From: Vicugna vicugna
Lineage: Eukaryota
Assembly (NCBI GenBank): GCA_013265495.1
Contig: MU058009.1
Location: 2,172,001-2,236,000, forward strand
Length of the DNA: 64,000 nucleotides
Direction: 5' to 3'
Below the pieces are notes generated by a model. The model searched no databases and was not told where the DNA came from. It worked only from the letters and a program-made list of their open reading frames with translations. Below, in pieces: positions 26,720 through 40,178 of the stretch. The position numbers and the translations under genes were made by a program. Each line of letters begins with the position of its first letter. The first letter of the stretch is position 1.

Positions 26720-26915
26720 GCAGGGGGTGGGCAGAGCTGTGGAACCAGACCACCCAGTGCCTGCATGACCCCAAACAAGTCACTGGGCCTCCATGAACTT
26801 CAGCTTGTCGTCTGTAAAAGGCGAGTAATAATCACTCCATTTTATAGAGTTCTGAGGCCTGTAAGATACATCAAAACCTGCCACATTGCAGATAGTTAAT
26901 AAAACGCAGTTATTA
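26720..26915 (+). mobile_element. MIR SINE
   Basis: CATGACCCCAAACAAGTCACT...CTTCAGCTTGTCGTCTGTAAAAGG. Confidence 0.65.
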
Positions 26916-27654
26916 CGGCCAGGCTTCCGTTTCTTCAGCTGTCAAACATGGACAAGAAAACGCCCATCTTAGGGAGCTGTTTTGAAGGTTAACCGGATTG
27001 ATATTTATAGAGTTCTTAGGAAGGTGCCTCACACGTGGTGAGCCCTGTCCAGGGGTTAGTGAGTGAAATCCATCTTCCATCACTTCCCACAGGACCGGAC
27101 GCCGCCCTGCCCCAGCGGGGCGTACATGAGTACTGCCGGCATCAGGCTGCTGCACCCACCAGGGTCAGGAAAGGGCAGGGAGGCGGCTGTCAATCCGACT
27201 GGGGAGCGTGCTTCTGTCTTTTTTCCCTTCTCCTTGTTTATTCTCCAGCTACTGAGCCTCAGTCTGCACCCTCCCATCAGCCGTCTCCTCCTCCTTTTCC
27301 CCAGAACTTCGTCTTTCAAGGAAGGAACAGGAGTTGATTCCAAACTCCCCCCATCTGCTGAGATGTGTAAGCAGACAGCGCTGCTCTGCCCCCCAGCCTT
27401 TGTCTCTCTCCTTGAGTCCAGCTTCCAGCCGAATTTCCTTCCCTGACTTCAAATCAGAAGACAGAGCTTCCACTGAATGCAGTGTCTAATCCTCATTAAA
27501 TTCAGATTTATTAAATTTGTGTGAGGAATTCAAATGCATATTCCAGGGTGTAAAGTCCAGTAAGGAAACAAATCCACCAGAAACAGTGTTAGACCAGTCC
27601 GTTTGGTCACTCTGCTGATTTTCTTCCCAACTCAGTGAGGGCCCTACTCATGTT

Positions 27655-27880
27655 TTTAACATTTATTTTGTCTTTACCATGTATCAGGTACTCCCTAAGC
27701 CGTTTCTATCTTACCCTCAAATCACCCCTATAGAGTGGCTATTATGAACTCTATTTGACAGGTGAGGAAACTGAGGGTCAGAGAAGTTAAGTAACCCATC
27801 CCACGTCACACAGCTAGTCAGTGGCAGAACCAGTCCTTCAACCTGCTTCCCAGGGTCATGCTCTCTCTACTGCATTCACA
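27655..27880 (-). mobile_element. MIR SINE
   Basis: ACAGGTGAGGAAACTGAGGGTCAGAGAAGTTAAGTAACC...GTCACACAGCTAGT. Confidence 0.85.
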
Positions 27881-30800
27881 GGCACCAGCAAGTTCCCATA
27901 GAAGTTAGACTTGGCCGTTCTCTTGGCCTTCTCTGACCGGCTCTTTAAAATACATAAAGTATCTCTGCTGACATTTTTGGTTGGCAAAGAAACTGTGTGC
28001 ATAACTGTCCTGGAAACAAAGGGGCTTTTGCATCACCCTTCCTTTCACATCCAGAAAGCATCCTTCCAGCGGCACCCCCTCAACAGCGCCAGCCCCTTCC
28101 TGCGATCAGCTCCCCACCTGTCACTGACTCTCAGAGAGTTTTAACAAAAGAACTGGAACAGGAAGGGTTTTTAAACAGACTGTCCCTTTCTCTGAATAAT
28201 TCAAGAAGACGCTATCTGGGAGATCAGGTTTTTACCAGCTCTTCTCAAGTTCGCTGTCATTTGCCGGCACCCAAGGCAGGGCTGAAGGGTAGGGTGAACG
28301 GTGGGCATAGAAACGTGCTCTCCTTTGGACGGAGCTGGGGAGCACATTGTGAGTCTGGCCATTCACCTTCTGTCTTGATTCTCTGCCAGTGGAATAGAGG
28401 GTGGGCTTGAATGGCAGGTTACGGTTCTTTGGAAACAAATTCGGAGGAAATGAATGAACGAAGTAATGAATGAAATACTTGTTGAGCCCTGACAATAGCG
28501 GGTGTATCGTGGGCGACAAGGCTTTGAGAACACAGCTCCAGGCCCCAGAGGATGCAAAGCAACTAGCCCAACGGAAACTAAGCGTCAGGAAAACAACTTC
28601 TAAACCGAGGGGTGGTACCAGAGCTCCCCTCAGACGCGCCTGCTGAATCTCGGTCTGGGCCACTTGTTCTCAGCAACTCCTCTTTCTGGGGGGAATAAGC
28701 AGCCTGGGAGCCCACCCTACACCGCGGGGTGTCTCCCAGCAGCCTGCAGGACAATCTGGAGGAAATCGGTCTTCCGAGAAGCAGTGTCTCCGTCGGCAGA
28801 GTAGTCCTGCATTTGCATAGAGGAGCGGTTAGGCAGAGTGTTGGAAGGCGTCCATCTGTGCTTGGAGTCCTCATTTGGAGAGCCGCAGTGTTAGAAGGAC
28901 ACTATGAAATGCACTTTTTAATACGGGAAGGAGTGTTGATCAAGCGACTGGGGACCTCCAGGCCAAAGGAGCTGGCTCGGAGTGGACTCACCCTGAGCCC
29001 TCCAGCTGGTTCTTTTGTCTCCCTTTCTCCTACTAAATATAAAATGAGGCCACACAGTGCGTGAAGCAAGGGTTAGGGGCAAACTGAAGATTTACTAATA
29101 AATATTTATAGTCCCTAGCTCATTTCAGGGCTGATGCAGATCCTTATTAAATCCCTGTCAACTTGACTTGGTTCTTTGATTTACACTAGAATTTCGAAAG
29201 TCAGAAGAATTACTCGCTTGTACTTGTCATTTTAACATCTTGTTTCTGGGAGAAAAGAAAAAAAAAGAAAGCCCCAGAAAAATCACCTCTCATTTGCACA
29301 GGAAGCCACCCGGGTGGGGAAATGCTACCCCCGCAGGAAAAGCACATTCAGTTTCCAGATTCCTCTCCGGCCTCGCTGCCCAGGTCCGAAGGGGCTCCAG
29401 ACGTCGAGGTCTATGTGGCTTCGACTGTTACTTCTCTGGTGTCTAGGGGACGGCCGCACCCACTCCGGGTTACAGCAGGCCCTGCGGGGTCAGGGCAGTC
29501 CCCTGGAGGGCAAGCCGCCCGGAACAATGGCCCCTTCTTGTCCTCCCCACCCACACCCTGTTGCCTCGACCTTCAGAGTTGAGAAAACAGAAAACATTTC
29601 TGCCTACGACCTCCAGGAGTCATTGAGCCTCTCTGGGCTTCAGTTGCCTCCACTGTGAAATGAGGGGGATTGACTGGATGGTGTCTAAGAACCACAGCCA
29701 TAAATCCCCCTTTTCTGGGTCATCACCAACTCAAGCAATCTGCTCGCTGTCTCTGTAAGTGCACTTGGGTTTGTCAGACTAAATGTCCTAGTTTTGGGCT
29801 CTGAAAATATGGTCACCGTACTTAGAAGATCGCTTTCAGCACGGATATTCTCTGCCACTAGGATTCTAAGTAGGTAATAGCCTAAGTGACTGTTCTAATT
29901 ACCAGAGATATGACCTTGGGCAAGTCGGTTAACGTCTCTGGGATTCAGGCCCTGATCTGTAAAATTAGGGCTAATAAAATATCTCAAGGCAGGGAGCTGG
30001 GCTGGAGATTTATGATTCATGACTGGGGCCCAACTGCTTGGGCAAAGGCACAGCCAGCCTTCCAGGTGTTTGAAGGACGTGTGCAGACTGCCCCCCACGT
30101 AGCTGGGCGTAGGGCTCAGTGGCTTCCCCTTGCAACCTGCAGAAGGACTGAGAGCAGCTGCCCGGCCGCCTGCAGTGGAGAAGGGGATTCTTCTGGTGAA
30201 ATATCAGTGGCCTCTTAAGCGGTTTCCTGTGCAATCTTTCTTCTGGGAGCAGAGGAAAGCCCTTCAGGGATTCATTCACTCCAAGGTCCCCGGAATGTCA
30301 GAATATTGCCTCTCCTTCCCTCCAAGGATTCCCATTACCAAAGAAAATTCTAGAAAGAGAACTACAAGGGCATTCAGGTAATCTGGGTCCAGTACCAATC
30401 TGGGGGATGCTGGACAAATCACGTACTCTCTCTGGGTCCAGTTTCCTCAGATGAAGAATTAGAACTTTTGACTATGTGAGCTGCAAGGTCTCCTGTTTGG
30501 AGGTTCTGTGGACTCAAATGGGGGGTTTCAGGCATCAGTAGGGGATATTTGGCGACAGAGAAAACTCCATGGTAGCAGCCATGTCTCCCGTTGACCTTCC
30601 AGGCTATCAATAGAGCAGAATTTTTTTTTTGAGTACTTTTATCTACTTCTCCATCCACCCACTCTAGTCCCCAGTATTGTGCATGGCAGACAATATTAGC
30701 CTCCTTTCTGTTAAAAATAATAGGGGGTGCTTTGTAAATACTCCCAGTTGACTCATCATTTGGTAAAGAAAAGGCTGTCAGTTGTGCGCAGAAGAGAATT

Positions 30801-31189
30801 TCTGTTGAAGAAGCGGGAGCCAGGAGGCCCAGCCGGCAGGTCACTGTACGAATCTCTGCACGGAGCAACGAGAACTGAGTGGCCCCCAATTTTCCAACCT
30901 GAACACGGGGCTTGAGTCTTTCCTCCTTCTCCCTTATTCCTCATACCTCATTCAACCCCAGTGCCTGTGGGGTCTCCCTCCTGGTTTGTTCTCAAGTCTG
31001 TTCACTTGTCCGCGTCTTCCCAGCCTCTGCCTGAGCTGAGGACCCCATGAGGATGCCCCTAGGGGACTCACCAGCGACAGATCCTCCCAGATTCTCCGCA
31101 GCCAACCTGCCCTCTTCTGATCCACTTAAAAACAGTTACGGAATATTTTGAGCCCAGAGAAAAGTTTAAAGAATAGTGTAAAAACTCTC

Positions 31190-31410
31190 AGGAGAGGCAG
31201 TAAGGCTCACTGTGGAAATTTTGAGTATCACTTTAGGAAGAATCAGTTTCAGCGCAAATCCTAGTTCTCGCACTTTTTGGCTCGGTAACTAGGTGATATT
31301 GGGGAAGTTCCTTGATCTGTCTGTACCTTGATGCCTTCATTTATAAAATGGGGGTGATGAGGACAGCACCCTGGCCTTGTAAGGCTGTGAGAATTGAATC
31401 AATTCATTCA
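31190..31410 (+). mobile_element. MIR SINE
   Basis: AAATCCTAGTTCT...GTGATATTGGGGAAGTTCCTT...CATTTATAAAATGGGG. Confidence 0.65.
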
Positions 31411-34369
31411 TTTATGGGCCAAGTGTATTAATTAGGCTTACTCTCTCCCCTTTTCGGACTTCGTCAGTCTGCCCAAGTCTACTCTGCCCTCTCTCTCTGG
31501 AGAGCAAGAGCCTGTCTTTTTCCTTCCCAAATCCTCAGGTGGCTTCCTGCTGCCCTCAGGACAGAGTCCAAACCCCTCAGCAGGGCTTAGGAGAGCCTGG
31601 AGGTCTGAGCCAGTCTCATCCCCCATCTGCAGTGGAATGAGGAAGGAGGCCGGAGTGAGGGCCCTCCAGGCAGGGGAGGCTTCCTGGGATAACAGAGACC
31701 AGGCCGATGGGTGCAGAGGGAGGCATGGCGGAGGCAGCGAACAGGTCTTGGTTCTGCAGCTGGACTGCAGAAGTTCCTTCTGGGCTCTGCCGCCGCCGAG
31801 CCGCGTGACCTTGGGCTCGTTACTGAACTTCTCTATATCTGGGTTTTCCCACTTGTCAGGTTTCAAAAGAGGCCGTGGGAGGACTGAATGAGCTAATGGA
31901 AGTAAAGTGAGAACAGTTCTGTGCACAAAGCTCTCAGGAAATGTTCATTCTTATTTCGGGTGAGACAAAGGCAAATTGCTGCCGATTTTGTGGGATCTCA
32001 AAGGCAGATGGGGGAGTTAGACTGGGCTCGGTCAGATGAGGTGGTGGGTAGTGGACAGGGTAGAATTCGAGTTGAAGAACCTGGCCCAGGGAGCCCAGCC
32101 CAGAAGCTGCTGCTGGGATGGGGGAGGGGGTGGGCAGGGGCATGAGACAGCTCTCAGGACTGAATGACAGATCAGAGACAGGGGTAAGAGATTGCTTTTG
32201 AAATGCTCCAAGGCAGCATTTTCTAGAACACTAGGTCCAGGAAGCGCTCCTCGAGAAGTATCCATTCATCCTCTATATTTGAGAAATGCCACACATTTCC
32301 CATTCAGAAAATCATGATGTCCATTAACTGGTTAAATCAGTCCACGAACCCTGCAGTAAACAAACACTTAAAATGCTGATAAATCCAGTATTTCCGAAAT
32401 GGTTTGATCACAGGACATCCCTCCCCTTCATCCCCCAGTGATAACACAGATTAACATCTCAAAGAAGAAGAGCTGGTGTTCCCCAGGACCCCTCTGGAAT
32501 CCACCGCCCTGGTAACACGTGGGAACCGTGTAAACAGTGATCCTCGGACACACACACACCAGCCCACGAAGTTGCTCTTTCCCCCTGCTCTGTTCTCTGG
32601 GAGGCTCAAGCAGTGGGGAACCTGGGAGGATGGATCAAAATTGAACTCATATTTCCCTTTCCGTGCCTGGTGTGAACACTGCCTTTCTCACCCTCCCTCC
32701 TACCCACTTCCTTCTCCGGCAGAACTTGCGTGCCCCAGAGGGAGCCATCTGGATATTAATGTTGCAATATTGACTCTTTCAAGAGACCTCCTTTTTGGCA
32801 TCCCTTCTAGTTCGTGCTGTTTTACTTCAGCTTCTCTGCGTTAGAAAATCATCTGACTTCTCTAAGTGGTTTCTCTGGGGGTAGTATATGATTTTTATTA
32901 CAATTTTTCCTTTTCTCCAGAATCAAGGCTATTTCCCCGCCTCGAGGCCTTCTTGGCATTTCCGTGAGGTTTATTATTCTGTTGTCCTTGAAGAAGGTGG
33001 CATCCTGTTTGCTCTGCAAACAGTAAAACGAAAGCCCCCCTCAGGATCACAACGGAGCCTCGGGGTCACTTCTGCTGAAGGAATCCCGTCTGTCCCGGTC
33101 GGCATCCTGACCCAGGAGACGCGTCGGGACTGGGAAGGGAAACTGGACCGGCAGAGGCCTTGCTGACTCTGCAGCTTCACGTTTGAGTTGTGATGTGGGT
33201 AAATGCCAGGAGGAGCGACGCGGGGAGGGCCCGAGGTGAGAAAATCCCGTTAACCGCCGAGATTCGAAAGCTTGGAGTGGACGGCCCTGGCCGGTCTCCC
33301 TCCCCTGAGTCTGGGCAAGTCACTCTCATGCCGCAAGGAAGGCCTCCAGGCGATTCTGCAGAAAATTCAGTTGTTGACGCACGTGTCAGAGCAGCGAGGG
33401 GCGACCCGTGGGGGCAGGCTCCCTGGCCCGGGCTCTGGGCAGTTCCACCCTCTACGATCAGGGTTTGGTCCTCATTAGTCTCCAGCCTTCTGACCTGGTC
33501 TGCTCTCTTCTCCTTCCACAGCAGGATGGTGTCTTCAACACATTTCTGCTCCATTGGCCATGAAAAGTGCACAAGAAAGGGAGAAATCTGCAGGTCGAAC
33601 CGACAGATGAGTGGCCGCCCTTGACTTGGAAGCGGTCTGCTACACAAAGCTTACCACACCCGGGTGCCTTCCTCCCGCCCACCCTCCTCCCCTGTGCTTC
33701 CAACATTCTGGGCCCAGTTTTCTGGGTAAACCAGGTCCTTTAGGGTTGGGATTCAGGTAAAACTGCATCCACTCAGCCACTCAATTCTGAAGCTTTTTTC
33801 CCCACCCTCCAAGTATCCTGCTTGGCCTCCCCCAGTGGCCTCCGATTCCACACCAACTTCCCAAACAAGCTCCCTCTCCTGCTGTGGTTGTAGTTCCCTA
33901 GCTTGCTCTGTAATGATGGCCACGGTTTTCTGTCCTTGAGCCTCCTTTTCCTGGTTGGCCAGATAAGACGGCTTTATCCTGGGAGACTGAGAAATAGCTG
34001 GAGAGATACTTTAAAGGGAGCTTATTTCTGGAATTTAAGCAGGTGGGGGTTTGGTGCTGAAACATGTTTAGTATATAAAAAGGAAGCAGCGTCTCACTTT
34101 GCTGTCCCAGGCCAGTGAGGCCAGGAAAGCGTGAGCTACTTGTCTTGCTGTTACTTGTTGATACCTCTTTTCTGTCCCACTAAGACCATAGCACATTTAG
34201 CTTTACCTCCCTAGAAGGTAGCCCGGTGCTTGACCATAGAAAATATTCAATGAATTAACAAGTTTCCATCTTCAGAAATAATTCGTCGGTGTGACTGGCT
34301 CACCCAACCTGATTTTCGGCAGCACCGGGCAAGTGTCTGACCTCGCAGACTAGCCTTTTCCACTAACAG

Positions 34370-34620
34370 ACACTTCCAGTTCCTTTGGAGATTCTTCTTA
34401 CACGGGATCGAAATCTGCCTTTCTATGACTTTCAGATGTTCCCCCAACTTCACCCACCGGGGTTAACACTGCGAATCAAATACCTCTTCCTGTGTCATAT
34501 TTGGTTTTCCAAGTTTCTTCTTTCCCATGAGAAACACTCCTAATTCCTTGGATTTTCTCTTAGGTGACAAGCTTTCTTAGTGTTCTCTCTTTGATTATTT
34601 GTTTGTATTAATGTCTGAGC
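34370..34620 (-). mobile_element. CR1/L3 relic
   Basis: GAGATTCTTCTTAC...AAATCTGCCTTTCTATGACTTTC...CAAGTTTCTTCTTTCCC...AAACACTCCTAATTCCTT. Confidence 0.5.
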
Positions 34621-36716
34621 ACTCTGCCCTGAAACCCCTCCTGTTTATTGATAACCCCTTTAAGGTGAGCACTAGGAATTGGCCTCGGGCTTGAGGGCAG
34701 GTTGGCCTGGACAGACTAGCAGGGGTAATCACTTCCTTTGCCTCCTGCTTTCTTGTTTTCTACTGACGCACCTGCAGGGTACTCAGACCTTGGGGAGGCC
34801 GCCACAGCAGACTGCGGATTCTCAGGAATGCAGCCCTCGGGTGATGGAGGACCGGGTGGCCGAGTTTTGATGAAAGCAAGATGGAGAACTCTCAGGGGAA
34901 CTGGAGGTTTAAGGGGAAAGGCAAAGCCAAGCTGGGAGTTATCCTAGGTGGAGAAACGGGGAAATGGAAGGGATCCCCCAAACAAGGACAAAATAGGAGC
35001 AGGGGGTGCCTGGAGACGTCATTCAAGCCGGGTGTCTAAGAGGGAAGGCGTGGGGTGTGGCAGGGAAGGGAGGGGTGCAGAAGATCATCTTTCCCTTGCT
35101 CACAGTTCTTCCTCAATTGACCCATAGCCCAGTGCTTAAAATTCTTTCAAATAGCAGCTTCTGAACTAAATTTGAGGCTAAAGTTATTGAGTGTAGCTGT
35201 CAAAGAAAAAGATTCCATTTTAATTTGATTTTAACAGGCTTCTGTTCTATGAATTTTGCCTCAAAATGTTTTACATTTGCACTTACACAAAATGTATGAT
35301 TGAATTCAGAATAAAAAACGATAAATTACAGAGATGCATGTTAGATCTTTTACTATAATGCCAGCCTATTAAGCAAATTCAGTCTTCAATTCAATTAAAA
35401 CAAGCAAGTATTTTCACTAGCAAAAGGCTGAGCTATACATAACTGGCTTATATCTATATTTCTCTTCCTGGTCAGCTGGTAGGATAATTTGCTGTGAATT
35501 TGGCCTCTTTCCATCAAGAGAAAGCAGTTAGGCTTCAGTTCCCTCTTTCCACTCCTTTGTCTTGAAAATTTCTCTTTCTTCAGAAAAACTTCCTTGGGAT
35601 GGATTAGCAGAACCAGGCTTCCAGGCTAGATGAATATCTTGGTGGTCATGGAGTGCAACCTTTATTTTATGGCAGATGAAAGGACCAGAGCGGTTGCTGA
35701 CTTGCTTGCAGTCACACAGCTAATTGCTGGGCAGCTGCTGGTCCGCTAGAGAATGTCGCATTGCCTTGTCATGGACTTTCGACGTTTGTTTGTGTAATTT
35801 GTCTTCGGTGCCAGAACTCCCAGTCCTTCGTCTCTCCTCAGAGCTCCAGGGTGGCCTGCCCTGAGTGTCACGGATGTACACACTTTGAATGAACAGCAGC
35901 TCTGCCTCTTCCATGACGACTGTGAAGACCGCACAGAGCCTGGACTTCAGGGCCTTTCTCTGCCACAGCATCCCCGTCAGCTGGGGGATACTGGCGCGGA
36001 GGGTGCCCGGGAGAAAAGCACAAGATGGGTGCAGAGCAGGCTGGTTTGCATCTGGTTATGCTTTCTGTCCGGCTGTTCCCTGGGACGTCTGTCTGATGTT
36101 CTCGGGGTAGGGGAGAGCAAGGAGAGTGCGGAATGAGACCGTCGTGTTTTTAATTTGATTCCCCTGGATGAATGAATGCAGTGCTGGGTCCATGTACCCC
36201 CTAGAGAAGGTAGGGCGCTGACCTACCTTTAAAGTAACTTCCTTGGCATATTCTGAAATGAAACAAGGCCAGCCTCAGGGACAGAATGGAAGCGTGCAGC
36301 CCTGAGTGGTCATTTCTGGTGCTTTGCTACTGGGGCCAGTTCTGACTGGATATATTGTGTTGCCCTAAACACTAGTGTAGTGACTGCAGGTTTTTTTGTT
36401 TTTTGTTTTTGATACCAGTATACATTTATTGATCTAACCCTGCAGGGCTACACAGAAGATAAGATAAATTAATTCTAATTTTGATAACTAATGACTCAAG
36501 TTTACACTTCTATGCAGTCACATTAAAAGAGAGAATAGAGGGGAAGGAAATCTAGGAGGAATGACCTCATCCACCTTGCTGGTTAGTGTCTCTGGTTCCC
36601 TGAGTCTGGGACTCCCTCCTGCCCACGGGGCATGTCTGCAGGGACAGCCTTGGCTCCTGCCGGTCACAGCCTCACAGCGGTGCAGTCACAGAATTTTGTG
36701 ATTTAAAATCAGTGGA

Positions 36717-36849
36717 GGGGAGGGTATAGCTCAAGTGGTAGAGCACATGCTTAGCACATACAAGGTCCTGGGTTCAATCCCCAGCACCTCTTCTAAAAAA
36801 AACTAAATAAGTAAACCTAATTACCTCCCCCTAAAAAAAAAAAAAAAAA
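36717..36849 (+). mobile_element. vic-1 SINE
   Basis: GGGGAGGGTATAGCTCAAGTGGTAGAG...GGTTCAATCCCCAG...CCTAATTACCTCCCCC plus poly(A). Confidence 0.92.
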
Positions 36850-36893
36850 GGAAAAAGACTTGCCCAGTGGTTTCATACTTGACATTGCCATTC

Positions 36894-37024
36894 TTTTTTG
36901 GGGTGGGGGGTGGAGATAATTAGGTTTACTTACTTATCTATTTTTAGAGGAGGTGCTGGGGATTGAACCCAGGACCTTGTGGATGCTGAGCACGCGCTCC
37001 ACCGCTTCAGCCACACCTGCCCCC
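36894..37024 (-). mobile_element. vic-1 SINE (inverted relative to neighbour)
   Basis: TAATTAGGTTTAC...GGGGATTGAACCCAGGACC...CTCCACCGCTTCAGCCACACC. Confidence 0.88.
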
Positions 37025-37269
37025 ATATTCAACAGTGGACTTTACTGCAAGTCAGAGGTGCCGCCATAGCCATTTTCTGTTTCCTCTTTTCCTTCCCATG
37101 TCTTCTCTCTTATCTCCCTTTCTCTCCTTTCCATCTTCATCTGCTCCCCCTCCTTTGGTTCCTGTTCCTCCTGTCCATCACTCTTTGCTCTTTCCCTGTG
37201 TTTCTCTCTCATGCAGATGAAATACAGACAGGAGAATTCGGAGCAAACCGAGAGTGACCGAGGAGGCTG

Positions 37270-37510
37270 CAGAGAGGCGTGCTGCGCACCTGGGCTCTGG
37301 ACTGGGGGCTCAGACCCTGGGCCTGACCTTTGCTAGCTGTGGAATCCCCAGCAAATTACTTAAGCTCTCTGAGCGTGTGGCTTCTTATTGGTAAACGAAG
37401 ATAAACAGAGAGGCTTCCTTATTCATTTTCATGAAAATTAGAGAAGATAATGCACGTAGAGGCCTTAATGCAGTGGTTGGACATCAGTTAAATGGAGCTG
37501 CTTATTACAG
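37270..37510 (+). mobile_element. MIR SINE
   Basis: GGGCTCTGG...GCTAGCTGTGG...GCAAATTACTTAAGCTCTCTGAGC. Confidence 0.7.
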
Positions 37511-38069
37511 TAAGAGAAACAGGATATGTGTTGCCAAAGCCATGTTGGCATTTTCTGTGTGTAAAGCTTAGGGCATTTAACTCTTTAACAAAACCACATG
37601 TTTGAAATGTGTCTTTTTAGGGCTGTGGGACAAGACTTTCCAGTTGGGTGGGGTGCCTTTGGTATGAATGGCCCCTTGGATAAGTGTCTCACTTATCTAT
37701 TTGTTCCCCTCCTCTATTCTGATAATTTTAGGAAAACGGCTTGTGGTGATGGTGACAGTGAGCAGATGGAGGACCAAAAAGAACAGGGAAAGGAGGGGTC
37801 ATTTCTAAACCTGAAGCTGAGACATGCGAATTAGGTACTGTATTTATTAGAAGTCACCTGGACCCATCCCTCATCCTGTGGACGACCCCAGCGGTAGATA
37901 GATGCACTTGACTGTATGTTTCGAGCTGAGGACTCTGGAGAAAAGAGGCAATAGTGGATGCAGTGTGAGGATGAGAGTGGGAACTGGGGAGACATAGCAA
38001 GGAGGGCAGGTGCCAGGGACCACGTGCTCAGTAAAGGGCAGAGTGACTGAGTGACAAATACACGATTCT

Positions 38070-38700
38070 CTATTAAACTATCTACCATGGGCCAGGTCCT
38101 GTGCTAGGCTGTAAGAAAGAAGATGAATAAGAAGTGGTCCTTGTCCCCAGAAACTTTTTGTCTAACGAGAGACAGAAAGGTAAATACATACTAATTACAG
38201 AACAACGTGGTGTAGAATCTAGTATTAAAAGGCTTGCTCAGCCTCTAGAAGTGGACTGTGTGGCCTCAGATCCTAGTTCCATCACTTTCTGAGAAAACCT
38301 GGAGAGGATGTTCATTAACCTCCTTGTGCCTCAGTTTCCTCATCTGTTACACAGGTATAATAATGGTATCATTCTTCCTCATAGGGCAGGTGCAAGGACT
38401 GCGTGGGTTATACATGGAGCATGGAGCCCTCTGCCTGGCACAGAGTAAGTGCTATACACGTGTTGGCAACTGTTGTTATTACAGATGAATATACCATGTG
38501 CTTTATGGGCAAAGAAGACAGAGTGGGTGATCCTGAGGAGGTCTGGAAGGTTTTATGGAGGTGACATTTGAGCTGAGTCTTGATATAGTTGTTTGCCTGG
38601 CAGAAACAGGGCAGGGGTAGGTACGGGAGAGGGTAATCCATGCAGAGAGACACCACATGCATAAATAAAGACTCTTGAAACAGGATGGGGTGACTGGGAA
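38070..38700 (-). mobile_element. L2 relic interrupted by a MIR
   Basis: CTACCATGGGCCAGGTCCTGTGCTAGG...GGAGGTGACATTTGAGCTGAGTCTTGA. Confidence 0.65.
38205..38482 (+). mobile_element. MIR SINE
   Basis: GTGCCTCAGTTTCCTCATCTG...CCTCATAGGG...TGCCTGGCACAGAGTAAGTGCT. Confidence 0.85.
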
Positions 38701-39148
38701 ACTAACAGTCAACTGATTACTTGTAGGATCCTTAAATGCATTTTTGTCTTTCAAAGATGCAAAAAGGGAAAATTAGCAACTTATTGGAGAAAACATATTC
38801 TTCCTGTGTTTTGCTCTGATGTTGTCCTGAAGGGCATGTGTGTATGTGGAAGGTGGCCTCTGTAAGTTGATGAAAGCTGTCTTTCTACCCACAGGAGTAT
38901 ACAGAAACGTCTGTGTGCACACACATGCCAATTTCCATGCAAAGGAACAATTGTCCTTTGTGGTCGGTTTGGAAATCATCCCGATCCTGGTCTTGCAAAG
39001 TTCAGACTTGTATTGATTGTAGTGATCACAGACTTTCTGACCACAGAGATGACATAATCCCAGAACCTCACTTTATAGCCAAAAGCCTGAGGCCCAGAGA
39101 GTGACTCGCTTTACTACATCACCCAGTTAGTTAGTGGAAGGGCCAGGA

Positions 39149-39519
39149 TGAGGACAGGCTGAGTTTTATACCCCCAAATTCGTAAGTTGAAATCCTAGCC
39201 CCCAAGACCTTAGAATGTGTCTGTATTCGGCTCTTTAAAGAGGTGATTAAGTTAAAAGGAAGTCAGTGGTGTGGGCCCTAATCCCATCTCACTGGCCTCT
39301 GTGTAAGAAGAGGATACTGGACACAGATACCTGCGGAGGGAAGGCCATGTGAAGACACAGGGAGAAGACGGCCATCTCTAAGCCAAGCAGAGAGGTAGCA
39401 ACCTGTTGACACCTTGCTCTTGGACTTGTAGCTTCCAGAACAGTGAGATAATAAATTTCTGTTGTGTGAGTCGCCCAGGCTGTGGGAGGTTGTTGTGGCC
39501 GCCCCAGCAAACGAACACA
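39149..39519 (+). mobile_element. MLT1 LTR
   Basis: CCCCCAAATTCGTAAGTTGAAATCCTA...GGCCATGTGAAGACACAGGGAGAAGACGGCCATCT...AATAAATTTCTGTTG...AACACA. Confidence 0.85.
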
Positions 39520-39917
39520 GATGTCCCAGCCGTGAGGCCCGTGCTCTCAGAACTGCCCCTGCAGGTTAGTAGGATGAGGCCAGGATGCCAGGGAGGAGTT
39601 CTCTGCGAGTCCTCAGCTGTGGAGGAAAGGCTGGGGCCTGAGCTTGGCACAGGGAGAGGCCTCTGACCCCACGGCCCTCCTCCAGCCCTGGACCACTCTT
39701 GGAATGAGTATCATCCTGGGCTGTGCCCACACAGTGGACAGCCTCGCCCCCACAAATCAATTTCCATCCACAAGGCTCGCAGAGACTTTCACCGATGTCA
39801 GCCCAATGAAAAGCTGATACCAACAGTATTTTGTAATGGATCATAATGGGGATTTAATCTGTGTATGCGGATTCTTGATAAATATTGCTGGTTTATTTGC
39901 ATGTCTTTCACTATCTT

Positions 39918-39962
39918 TTTTTTAAAACATTTTTTATTGAGTTATAGTCATTTTACAATGTT
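39918..39962 (-). mobile_element. Ultra-short L1 3' end
   Basis: Poly-T plus TTTATTGAGTTATAGTCATTTTACAATGTT; 17-bp TSD with 2 mismatches at 39901-39917 and 39963-39979. Confidence 0.8.
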
Positions 39963-40178
39963 ATGTCTCTAACTATCTTGATAGTAGTCTTATGGTTGGC
40001 AAGGACTACCATGTACTCCTTTATGTATTCTTTGATGTTGATTAAAGAAATCCTCATGAGATAGTAAAGAGGAAAATTATCAATCATAATCCAAGCAAAC
40101 AGCACCCCTACTTTGGCATCAACACAGGGGCGTTTCACGGGGCCTCTGAGAAGCGCTCGCCCCGATTCCCCGTTGACA

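Noticed and set aside
28795..28820. Octamer ATTTGCAT with nearby GTAGTCC suggesting an snRNA distal element
   Set aside because: No PSE or snRNA coding sequence recognised nearby.
36717..36790. tRNA-like sequence (also in the other vic-1 copies)
   Set aside because: SINE heads with SINE-specific tails, several with TSDs; not tRNA genes.
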